IMG/VR virus record: IMGVR_UViG_3300032397_000016
Location: 1-55,779 of that record
Strand: one strand, 5' to 3'
From: a virus
Lineage: Duplodnaviria; Caudoviricetes
Length of the DNA stretch: 55,779 bases
Within the stretch, counting starts at the first letter, position 1; each line of letters opens with the position of its first letter. Below, in pieces: positions 28,808-37,700 of the stretch. Below the pieces are notes generated by a model. It searched no databases. It had not been told where the DNA came from and saw nothing but the letters and a program-made list of their open reading frames with translations. Made by a program: the position numbers and the translations under genes.

Positions 28808-29263
28808 GTGCCAGAACTGTCAACATATGGAGAAATCGTTACCGCGATGCGAGGGCCGGGGATTGTGTATCTTGCAAGTCCCTACACGCACCCTGAGCCA
28901 AAGGTGAGACAGCAACGGTTTGAGGCGGTGTGTAGAGCCGCGGCCAGACTCATGTGTGATGGGGTTTACTTATTTAGTCCCGTTGCACACACGCACCCGA
29001 TGGTTGTGATGGGTTCGCTGCCACATCATTTTGAGTACTGGCGGGAGTTTGACCTTCGATTTCTCATGATGTGTAGTTCTATCGCCGTGCTCAAGTTGCC
29101 GGACTGGTCCATGTCAAAAGGAATCATGCACGAATTGCGGATAGCCGCCGAGCGCCAGATGCCGGTGTGGTATCTAGAACCGCACATGATTCCAACGCCA
29201 ACAGTTACGCAAGAGCGTAGGGTGCCGCACCGCAAGCCTCCTCTGAGGAGTCAAGGAAAGTGA
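28808..29263 (+). CDS. DUF1937 / nucleoside deoxyribosyltransferase-like protein
   Basis: YLASPY, SPVAH.H, W..FD, W..SKG...E. Confidence 0.75.
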   Translation: MPELSTYGEIVTAMRGPGIVYLASPYTHPEPKVRQQRFEAVCRAAARLMCDGVYLFSPVAHTHPMVVMGSLPHHFEYWREFDLRFLMMCSSIAVLKLPDWSMSKGIMHELRIAAERQMPVWYLEPHMIPTPTVTQERRVPHRKPPLRSQGK

Positions 29264-29619
29264 CCGTGAGAGACAAGAAAAACACGGCCCGGTTTTTCAA
29301 GTATATACGTATAGACCCTGAGACTGGGTGCTGGGTTTGGACAGGCCACCGAAACGAGTTTGGGTATGGGCGATTCAACTGTCAAATCAACAAGAAACAG
29401 GTGTGCTTCTATGCACACAGATGGATATACGCCGAACTCATCGGGCCAATTCCCGAGGGGATGCACGTGGACCACATTGTATGTGACAACCGGGCATGTG
29501 TCAATCCATTGCACCTTCGGGTTGTGAGCCCCACGGAGAACGACCGGCGCGCTAACGAAAAGAAGTGGCGCGAAGTCCGAGAGACGAAAGAGGGGGACGG
29601 CGATGGGTTACCGTACTGA
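29260..29619 (+). CDS. HNH endonuclease
   Basis: CWVWTG, GYG, AHR, DH.C.NR.CVNP.HL, EN. Confidence 0.88.
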   Translation: MTVRDKKNTARFFKYIRIDPETGCWVWTGHRNEFGYGRFNCQINKKQVCFYAHRWIYAELIGPIPEGMHVDHIVCDNRACVNPLHLRVVSPTENDRRANEKKWREVRETKEGDGDGLPY

Positions 29620-29815
29620 GCAATTGGTAATCGAGAGGGTTCGGCTTGCCCACGAATGGCAGGCAACGAATGTGACTATCATGGACCAGACGGGTCTTTA
29701 TGTTCGATATATCTGCCAGCGCTGTGGAGCAAAGGGCAGACGGTACGAGCACGACACAAACGTCCGGGGTAACAAGATATGCAAACCCAACGATAAGGAG
29801 CGAGAGCGTGACTAG
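29603..29815 (+). CDS. Small hypothetical protein (H.W...C.RCG)
   Basis: Overlapping start; Cys motif. Confidence 0.55.
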   Translation: MGYRTEQLVIERVRLAHEWQATNVTIMDQTGLYVRYICQRCGAKGRRYEHDTNVRGNKICKPNDKERERD

Positions 29816-30071
29816 CAAACATCATCCCAATTCGTGCCCCGCGTGCGGCCATACGCACAAGAGGCAACGGCTTGATGGAAAAAAGACGTTGGTATGTATG
29901 CGGTGCGGTGCTCTACACCGTCTCAAGGGTGTTGATACGGCGTCGTACCCGCCTCTTCCCAAAAAATCTGTGAATGTGGAGCCGGCAACCGTGCAGCCAA
30001 CGATAGTAGTAGATATGCCGGTTCGCGCCGGTCCCTGCCGCAGGTTGTGGAACTGGATGGTGGGGAGATGA
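29808..30071 (+). CDS. Small zinc-ribbon protein
   Basis: GTG after AAGGAG; CPAC...CMRC. Confidence 0.55.
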   Translation: MTSKHHPNSCPACGHTHKRQRLDGKKTLVCMRCGALHRLKGVDTASYPPLPKKSVNVEPATVQPTIVVDMPVRAGPCRRLWNWMVGR

Positions 30072-30139
30072 ATACGAGAAGCCCGTATATACCTTCGTTC
30101 AAGAATGAACAACACGGCAGTCCGCATAAACAAGCGTAG

Positions 30140-30358
30140 ATGTGGAGAGACATGCCACATACAGGCCCACTGGTTCCGGACGAAAGCCTCCCGATATGGG
30201 GAAAATGTTTGCTGCCTGATGGTACGACATCGAGATTTCTTTATACGGTGCAGATGGATGACGGTCTGCACGCACACCCAAAAGTTGTCGGCTACGTGTT
30301 ACAGTTTCTAATGTGGTCGGACGACGGTTTGGGCATCGCGCTTACGTCATTGAACTAG
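30140..30358 (+). CDS. Hypothetical protein
   Basis: Fills the gap; ends LN-stop. Confidence 0.4.
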   Translation: MWRDMPHTGPLVPDESLPIWGKCLLPDGTTSRFLYTVQMDDGLHAHPKVVGYVLQFLMWSDDGLGIALTSLN

Positions 30359-30370
30359 AGGAGTCGAGAT

Positions 30371-30721
30371 ATGAAACTGTACACCGGCTACTTTGCCAAG
30401 CATGGTAAGTCCAAGCGCGCCGTCGCCATCACCCGACGAAAGCCGTCGTGGTTCAAGGGGCGGCATGAACCGAGACTCGCGCCAAGCACCGAACTGTTGG
30501 AGGCATGGCTTGGTACCGATATGACCAAGTCCGAATACGCCATACGGTTTCAGAAGCAATTGGACGCTCTGACTCCGCTCCAGATTGAGGACATCACGCG
30601 CGAAGCGCTCAAAGACGGGGACATATTGGTATGCTACGAAAAACCCGACAAGTTCTGCCACCGGCATCTTGTAGCCGAGTTCCTTCGGAAACTGGGTCAC
30701 ACAGTTAATGAGATGGACTAA
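30371..30721 (+). CDS. DUF488-family protein
   Basis: YTGYF, LAPS..LL, CYEKP..FCHRHLVA. Confidence 0.75.
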   Translation: MKLYTGYFAKHGKSKRAVAITRRKPSWFKGRHEPRLAPSTELLEAWLGTDMTKSEYAIRFQKQLDALTPLQIEDITREALKDGDILVCYEKPDKFCHRHLVAEFLRKLGHTVNEMD

Positions 30722-30945
30722 TGTCGCTACCCATCTACAAAGGTAAACTATCCCGGTCGCCCTACTATCTTGTGTGCATTGAGCCCGTCAGCGGGCGCAA
30801 ACTGTTCAAGGCACTGTCCGGGGTTGAAGAAGTGGAGATAGTTGTAAACGATACCACTTTCGCTCTGAAGGGTGTACTCCTGACCGGCAAAGCGGCCACG
30901 CAAAAGAGAATGGAGTTGCGAGCCGCGGGGTACAAGGCGGATTAG
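30721..30945 (+). CDS. Hypothetical protein
   Basis: TAATG coupling. Confidence 0.55.
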   Translation: MSLPIYKGKLSRSPYYLVCIEPVSGRKLFKALSGVEEVEIVVNDTTFALKGVLLTGKAATQKRMELRAAGYKAD

Positions 30946-30954
30946 CGCGCTTCT

Positions 30955-30976
30955 TTGACGCGCAACTCTGTATAAC
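30955..30976 (+). promoter_or_regulatory. Short-spacer promoter-like motif TTGACG-N10-TATAAC (copy 3)
   Basis: Intergenic, upstream of GGAGGT and ATG 30999. Confidence 0.55.
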
Positions 30977-30998
30977 TGGGGGGCAGAGGAGGTGCAGA

Positions 30999-31214
30999 AT
31001 GGCCGAGCACAAAGTAATCATCTTAATTCAATGCGGAGATAAGTACTGCGAGAAGTGCGATTACCGGCTTCTCGGTGATGGGGGAGCAATGGATTATTGT
31101 ACCCTCTTTGAGGGGGAGGTATCATGGGACGGAACCGCCTTTCTGAGAGCGCCTGTGTGCATGGCGGCTGAACGGAAAGCCAAGGAGGTGAGCGATGACG
31201 ATCGTTATCGTTAG
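30999..31214 (+). CDS. Small Cys-rich hypothetical protein
   Basis: RBS GGAGGT; C...C..C...C.LF...R...C. Confidence 0.65.
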   Translation: MAEHKVIILIQCGDKYCEKCDYRLLGDGGAMDYCTLFEGEVSWDGTAFLRAPVCMAAERKAKEVSDDDRYR

Positions 31215-31392
31215 GGTGCGGGAACAGTGGGACAAGAAGGTTGGATACCGCATTGTGAAGAAGTGCTGTCACACATGCGTCTATTCCCAACCCATAGACG
31301 CCCGTTCGTACGCGTGCCTGCGCGTCGGCGGAATGGTTGTCTCACCATTTGGGGTATGTAATCACTGGAAAGAAACCCCAACTGTCGACTGA
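31195..31392 (+). CDS. Small Cys-rich hypothetical protein
   Basis: RBS AAGGAGGT; CC.TC...C...VC..W. Confidence 0.65.
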   Translation: MTIVIVRVREQWDKKVGYRIVKKCCHTCVYSQPIDARSYACLRVGGMVVSPFGVCNHWKETPTVD

Positions 31393-31531
31393 GACGCGGA
31401 AGGAGAAGCCATGAGCGACAGAGGTGAGCAATGAACATACCGGACGGTGAATCAGAGTTTTGGGATGTGTTGATAACTCTGCTGATAATCGCCATGCTTC
31501 TGGCGGCGGCGTTTCTGTAGGAGGACGGAAC

Positions 31532-31735
31532 ATGGATGCCATCACGTGCGTTTTGGACGGCGTTCTTTGGGGTATCTTATCGGTAATGGGAATTATCTGC
31601 GTCACTGTGATAGTTACCAAGGTGGTGCTCTGCATGGTAAGGCGAGAGCCCCGACGGTGCACAGTAGCCCCCCGATACCGAAGCCCCGTACAGAGAATCA
31701 TGGACAGGGCCAAAAAAGGGAGGTATGAAAGATGA
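31532..31735 (+). CDS. Small membrane protein
   Basis: RBS AGGAGG; one hydrophobic helix. Confidence 0.55.
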   Translation: MDAITCVLDGVLWGILSVMGIICVTVIVTKVVLCMVRREPRRCTVAPRYRSPVQRIMDRAKKGRYER

Positions 31736-32052
31736 CTCCAATATGTGGGCATTGCGGATTGTTCTGCCGACCGGCCGACGAGTACACCGATTTCGGTTGC
31801 CCCGGAGACATGGAGCCGCCGGAATCTATCTTGCTATGTGCCAAATGTAGCAAGATAGCAGAGGACAAAATCGTGGCCGAGACTGTGCGCCCCATGAGAC
31901 CGTACATCCCCTGGTTGCCCGGCAAGTTTCACCGTAACGCCATACGTAGATTAGGCATGGTGCTTGCCGGACCCAACATGGCGGCATGGTGTGAAGCGTT
32001 TTGGCCCGATGCTATCCCGAACGGGTACAAGGTATGGAGCAATACCCAATAG
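31732..32052 (+). CDS. Hypothetical protein (CxxC...CxxC)
   Basis: ATGA overlap. Confidence 0.6.
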   Translation: MTPICGHCGLFCRPADEYTDFGCPGDMEPPESILLCAKCSKIAEDKIVAETVRPMRPYIPWLPGKFHRNAIRRLGMVLAGPNMAAWCEAFWPDAIPNGYKVWSNTQ

Positions 32053-32080
32053 GTCCCATTAACCTGTAAGGATAAGAACC

Positions 32081-32281
32081 ATGAAGCATCCGAGATATGA
32101 GTATTACCAGGACGAGGCCGGTCGGTGGCGCTTCAGAGTGAAGGCCGCGAACTGCCGCATCCTCGCGGACAGTGGTCAATCCTACCGAAGCGAGGGACAC
32201 GTCTTACGGGCGATGGACAATTTCCGCGACACGGTGATATACGCGGCCCGGGAGTGTGTACGCGTCACAGGAAAGAGATAA
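32081..32281 (+). CDS. DUF1508 / YegP-family protein
   Basis: YEYYQD..G.WRFR.KAAN..ILA.SGQSY. Confidence 0.8.
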   Translation: MKHPRYEYYQDEAGRWRFRVKAANCRILADSGQSYRSEGHVLRAMDNFRDTVIYAARECVRVTGKR

Positions 32282-32285
32282 GAGC

Positions 32286-32717
32286 ATGAGTAAGACCAAC
32301 AACGACACCACCAACCACCCCACTCACGGGTGCGCCAACTGCGGTCGCAAAGACCGTCCGCAACACAATGGTATATGTAATGGGTGCAGCCGGGATGGTA
32401 TGGACATACGGGTATTCTCAAGAACCAATCGGGCAAGATGCGGAGAGTGGATGGGACCCAAGGATACACTGTTTCACCATATCATCGGTCTTGCCGGAGA
32501 GGTAGGTGAGTTATGCAACGCGGTAAAGAAGATGGACCGCGAAGGCCTGCCTGGACACGCCGCTCCAAGTCAAGAAGACGTGGCCAACGAAGTGGCCGAC
32601 GTCTTTATCTATCTGGACCTTGTGGCAATGCACCTCGGCATAGACTTAGAGCAAGCGGTGATTCGGAAGTTCAACGCAACCAGTGAGAAGTACGGATTCA
32701 AGCATCGACTACCGTAA
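32286..32717 (+). CDS. MazG-like nucleotide pyrophosphohydrolase with N-terminal Cys motif
   Basis: GLAGEVGE.CN.VKK, EVADV.IYL, KFN. Confidence 0.8.
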   Translation: MSKTNNDTTNHPTHGCANCGRKDRPQHNGICNGCSRDGMDIRVFSRTNRARCGEWMGPKDTLFHHIIGLAGEVGELCNAVKKMDREGLPGHAAPSQEDVANEVADVFIYLDLVAMHLGIDLEQAVIRKFNATSEKYGFKHRLP

Positions 32718-32734
32718 ACCGAGGAGGGATAAAC

Positions 32735-32917
32735 ATGGCGCACGAAGGTAGTATACGTATGCCGTTCGGCAAGTACAAAGGCGAAGCACTCTCGGACATC
32801 CCCACCGAACATCTGGACTGGTGTATTGGTCAAGACTGGCTCAAGGACGACCTCAAGTCGAGCATCGACGCCCATTTGAGGACGCGCGCCGACTGGCTCC
32901 GGCAGGATGATGATTGA
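32735..32917 (+). CDS. DUF3820-like small protein
   Basis: MPFGKYKG....DIP...L.W. Confidence 0.75.
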   Translation: MAHEGSIRMPFGKYKGEALSDIPTEHLDWCIGQDWLKDDLKSSIDAHLRTRADWLRQDDD

Positions 32918-32990
32918 TAACCGGCTATGTGCCGGTACTTCTATCATCCCATCTATATGTAATGTCCAAAGATAATTTCCTATTTTTGAT

Positions 32991-33020
32991 TTGACACGGC
33001 CTACCTCTTGTGTCGATAAT
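32991..33020 (+). promoter_or_regulatory. Promoter of the packaging/head operon, possibly leaderless
   Basis: TTGACA-N18-GATAAT; ATG starts 7 nt after the -10 with no SD. Confidence 0.6.
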
Positions 33021-33026
33021 GCAGAC

Positions 33027-33398
33027 ATGCCTTTTCAGAAGGGACAAATCGCCAACCCTTACGGCCGCCCCAAGGGTACGTTCTGCGGTAGAATCCAAGC
33101 GTTGAATATACTGGATTCGATATGTGCAAACAAGAAAAACCAAGTGCTGCTCAAGGAAGCGCTGCAAGAGGAGTTTGAGGTAGACCCGTCTAAGTTCTTT
33201 AAGCAACTGATTATCCCGCTCTTGCCCAAACACCATGACATAACGAGTGCGGGTATGGCAATGTCTACCGTCACGCCCGAGCAAGTCCTTATAAAGATGG
33301 CTACGATGATGGCTCCGCCCCCGTCCAACAAACCAACCAACAAACCAACCAACAAACCAACCAACAAACCAACCAAGCGCGTGAGACTGAAGCCATGA
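33027..33398 (+). CDS. Terminase small subunit (putative)
   Basis: PFQKGQ..NP.GRPKG N-terminus; directly upstream of TerL. Confidence 0.7.
   Translation: MPFQKGQIANPYGRPKGTFCGRIQALNILDSICANKKNQVLLKEALQEEFEVDPSKFFKQLIIPLLPKHHDITSAGMAMSTVTPEQVLIKMATMMAPPPSNKPTNKPTNKPTNKPTKRVRLKP
33325..33376 (+). repeat. 12-bp tandem repeat CCAACAAACCAA x4 (NKPT)
   Basis: Read directly from the sequence. Confidence 0.9.
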
Positions 33399-34759
33399 TA
33401 AGACGATATATCAACCCGTCTTATCGTGTGATGGGTACCAGCCCCGCGCCTACCGTGGCGTGGAGCCAGCACAAGTACCATCCTGAACAATACCGCTTGG
33501 CAACATCTACCAAGAAGTTTGCATATGTAACCGCAGGCCGCGGCTCCGGCAAGACCGAGATAGCCAAGCGCCGGCTAGTTGCATATCTAGCCGTCAAGAA
33601 GCCGTGGGACGACCCCCGTTACTTCTATGCGGCTCCCACATATGCACAAGCCAAGCGCATTGCTTGGCATAGCATCCTACGGCTAATCCCCACTGAGTGG
33701 ATTGCAGCGAACGGGATAGACCGGTCGGAGTTGTGCATACGTACAATCTTTGGCTCCGAACTGTGGGTCGTGGGTCTTGACCGCCCCCAACGTATTGAGG
33801 GTGTACAATGGGACGGTGGAGTCATGGACGAATCTTGTGATATAAGACCCAAGACCTTCGACTTGTCTGTGCTCCCCGCTCTCTTGCACCGTAACGCTTG
33901 GTGCTGGCGCATTGGGGTTCCCAAGAGGTTTGGCATAGGTGCCGCCGAGTTCCGTAAGGCTTGGATGAAGGCGCGCAAGGGGGAATTGGAGGACTCAGAC
34001 GGGTACACATGGTCCGGTGAAGACATCTTGCCGCCCGACGCTCTTAAGATGATTAAGAGCATGGTAGACCAGAAGGACTACGACGAACAGATAAGAGCCA
34101 AGTTCGTATCAACCGCCGGAGGTATCTTCTACGCCTTCGACGAGGACCGTAACGTAAGGCCGTGTACATATGACCCGAGCAAGCCCATTCTAGTAGGCTC
34201 TGACTTCAACGTAGACCCGATGTGTTGGGTGATAGCGCAGCGTCACGGCCCCGGTGATGTTGACACGGACTGGCTGGAAGTCATGGACGAAATCTGGTTG
34301 CGGGACACGAACACCCCGGCTACCCTAGATGTGCTCTGGGATAGATACCATACTCATAAGAGTGGGTTCGAGTTCTACGGGGACGCGACGGGCAAGGCCC
34401 GCAAGTCCAGTGCAAGCATATCGGATTACATGCACATCCGTAACGACTGGCGATTCTTGGATGGAGGCCGGGTCGTGCGGTACCTTAAGAGCAACCCGCC
34501 CAAGGCTGACAGGTTCGCCGCGTGTAACGGGTTGATATGTAGTGCGGACGATACACGCCGGCTTTACATAGACACAAGATGCAAGCATCTAATCGACGAA
34601 ATGACTAGCCGGACATTCAAGCCCGGCACAAGCATCCCCGACGACAGTGACCTGGACGTGGGCCACATCACGGACGCATTGGGCTATCTCGTCTACAAGC
34701 AATTCCCAATCAGGTTGCGACTCACGAACCAGTACGAGGTTGCGATTACGGGCGCATAA
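33395..34759 (+). CDS. terL: Terminase large subunit
   Basis: AGRGSGKT, AAPT, MDE; nuclease GSDFN.DP, DAT, H..DALGY. Confidence 0.92.
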   Translation: MIRRYINPSYRVMGTSPAPTVAWSQHKYHPEQYRLATSTKKFAYVTAGRGSGKTEIAKRRLVAYLAVKKPWDDPRYFYAAPTYAQAKRIAWHSILRLIPTEWIAANGIDRSELCIRTIFGSELWVVGLDRPQRIEGVQWDGGVMDESCDIRPKTFDLSVLPALLHRNAWCWRIGVPKRFGIGAAEFRKAWMKARKGELEDSDGYTWSGEDILPPDALKMIKSMVDQKDYDEQIRAKFVSTAGGIFYAFDEDRNVRPCTYDPSKPILVGSDFNVDPMCWVIAQRHGPGDVDTDWLEVMDEIWLRDTNTPATLDVLWDRYHTHKSGFEFYGDATGKARKSSASISDYMHIRNDWRFLDGGRVVRYLKSNPPKADRFAACNGLICSADDTRRLYIDTRCKHLIDEMTSRTFKPGTSIPDDSDLDVGHITDALGYLVYKQFPIRLRLTNQYEVAITGA

Positions 34760-34771
34760 GGAGGAATAGAT

Positions 34772-37700
34772 ATGTCCCGGAAGTCAGGCGGCAACGGCAG
34801 AGTCAGGCTCGCCCTCTCCAGTGAGGCACGGCAGGCCATCATTGGTCCCAACTGGATAGGTGAACCTATCTTGAAGGATGCCAAGGAAACCAAGCGTCCC
34901 CCTGAGGCTGTCGATAAGACTGAAGAGGCTGGGGAAATGACAGCCCAACAGGTTGTCGGCTCTGTGGGCATTGCCCTTGGAGGGATGCTCCCTGTAGCCA
35001 TGCCCGTATCTGCAACCCAGTATCGCGTGATACGTAAGCACCCGACCGTTTCCCTCGTACGGCAATATCTAGCCGCGCCTATCCTTGCCGGGAGTTGGAG
35101 CGTCGATGCCGACGAGGACGCGCCGGACGAAGCCGTCGACCTCATACAGAAACATGTGCTCCCGTTGCGATACGACTATCTCATGGACTCCATCTTTGGG
35201 ACGGTCGACTGGGGTTGGCAAGCATTTGAGAAGATATATGAGTACAAGGACGGGAGCATCGTCATAACCAAACTGAAGCCGTTACTTCAAGACCTCACGA
35301 CGATTCTGGTGCTCAATGACACGGGCGCGTTCGCGGGGGTGCGGCAGGACTACCCGAGGCTGGTAACCCTTCTCACTGATAAGGTACTGCTGGTATCTTG
35401 CCGTGTCGAGGGGACCAATTGGTACGGCACCAGCCTGTTGGAGAATGTCCGGGGTGCGTACGACAATTGGAAAGATGTCAATGACTCGGCCAGTCGGTTT
35501 GACCGCAAGATAGCGGGCGCTCACTGGGTTGTCCACTACCCTCCCGGCAAGAGCGACTTCAGAGGTGTCCGTAACGTCGACAACGGTGAGATTGCAGACA
35601 TCGTAATCGCTGCATTGGAATCGAGTGGCAGCATCAGGGTTCCCAACTCACTGGCCAACTTCGTGGACGAGATGAACACCAAGGCCGGGGCGACACAATG
35701 GATTATCGACATAAAGGAATCCAGCCCCGGCCAGACCAGCGGCTTCGTTGACCGGCTCAAGTATTGCGATACCCAGATGGTTCGCTCATTCCACATGCCC
35801 GAGCGGGTCTTGCTTGAAACGGAGTTTGGCACCAAGGCCGACGCCGGCACGCACAAGGACTTGGCAGTTACAAATCTCGAACTGTTGGACGGGCAATTCA
35901 GTTCGGCAATCAACACCCAACTGGTTGACCAGTTGCTCGCGCTTAACTTCGGCCCCGAGATGATGGGCAAGGTACGCATCAAGCCCAGTCCCCTCGTAGA
36001 TGTTACCGCGCTCATGCTTGAAAGGATGTACACCCAGATTCTCGCCAACCCGCAGGGCTTCGTCGAGGAGGCCGGGAACGTTGACTGGGATGCAGTCAAG
36101 GACCGTCTTGATATACCGAAGTCTGCAACTACCACCCAGATGGGTGACCTCACGGACGAGTCAGAGGAGACGGAGGGCGGGGACGAAGACGGGTCCAATC
36201 AAGATAAGCCCATACCTGAGGGCATGGACACCAAAGAGATAAAGGAGGTGGCCGCGTCGCTCCGCCCTTTTGAGAGAGCCTTGCGGCTCGCAGGATTTGA
36301 CCCCAGCCAAGTCAGAGACGAGTCGGGTAGATGGACAGATATGGGCGGGGGTGTCCATACGGTTGCTATGGAGCCATCTGCACGGTTCCAGAAGTCCAAG
36401 TATAGTTGGGCCAAGCCCATTCTTGAACGTCACAAGAGCGAAATTCAGAAGCACGGTAGGAAAGTTTCTCAGCCGTCCGCGTCGGCCCTTATTGAATACC
36501 AGAACTTTGGATATGAACGTGTTAACGGTGCCTTACGGCACGGTAGTTTCGGAGGGGCTCGGGACAACATGCGGGAAATCAGCGCGCTAGATAACGCAAT
36601 GATTACTCCAGCACCGGAGTCGATGGTTCTTTACCGCGGTCTTCGCTCTACTGTTCTCCGGGGTCTGCGTGTTGGAAAGGTTTATACTGACAAAGGATTT
36701 ATGTCCACATCTTGGGACCCCGATGTTGCCCTCCGGGGCGCGTCCGCCGCGGCGTACGAGTTGGATGAAGAAATGGTTTTAGATGTGCACGTACCTAAGG
36801 GATTCCCGTTGGCCTTTCCGTCCGCAATGGGTATCGGCGGCTGGCGTAGAGAGCGGGAGGTTATTCTGCCGCGCGGTACAAGATATATAGTTCGCTCAAT
36901 AGACCGGGGCTATCATGGTGGCCCAGAGGTCGAGGTATTCCCGCCCAAGGGAGGGTTTAAGAAGACGAAAGTGGTGGCCGCAAGTCTTACAGAAGACGCA
37001 GACCCCGGAGAACAGTTTGGCGACGAGTTGACGGATTGTGATAAGTCGTGGGCCGAGGTCCTTGAGTCGGCAACAGGCGACGATGTGTTGTCCCTTGCAG
37101 GATTCGACCCGAGCCAAGCCAGGGACGAAGATGGCAAGTGGACCGCTCTTGGTGGTGGGGGTATTGAGACCCATCTAAAGCAAGGCGGCAAGTTACCAAA
37201 GCATATCACCCAGCGCATACCTCCGGCATGGACTGATGTAGAAATCAATCTCAACCCCAACGCCAGGAACTACGTGCGCGCCCGCGACGCGAAAGGGCGC
37301 CGGCAACTGATTCAGAACCCCGCATTTGTACAGGCCCAGAGTGATTCCAAGTTTACACGTGTACGCTTGTTGGACTTTGCAAAGATTCACGCCGAGACCG
37401 TCAAGGACGCCAAGACCGATGAGGCCGCCGCGGCGTTGCTCTTGATACAAGAGACAGGCATCAGGCCAGGAGGAGAGAAGGACACAGGGGCAGACGTACA
37501 ATCGTACGGGGCTACTACACTACTCGCGGAGCACGTCAAAAAGGGCGGCGCTTTGTTGACATTCATTTCTGGTAAGTTACACCATGACCCCGACAAGCCG
37601 CCTAAGACAATAGACATGCCAATATCAGACCCCGTTGTTCGGGTCATGCTCAAAGAACGCGCCGCACGCGCGGGCAAGGGCGGGCGTCTGTTTAACACTG

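Noticed and set aside
30068-30358. Stop-codon reassignment (in-frame TAG at 30137 between two ORF parts)
   Set aside because: Isolated case; TAG, TGA and TAA all terminate conserved genes at expected lengths.
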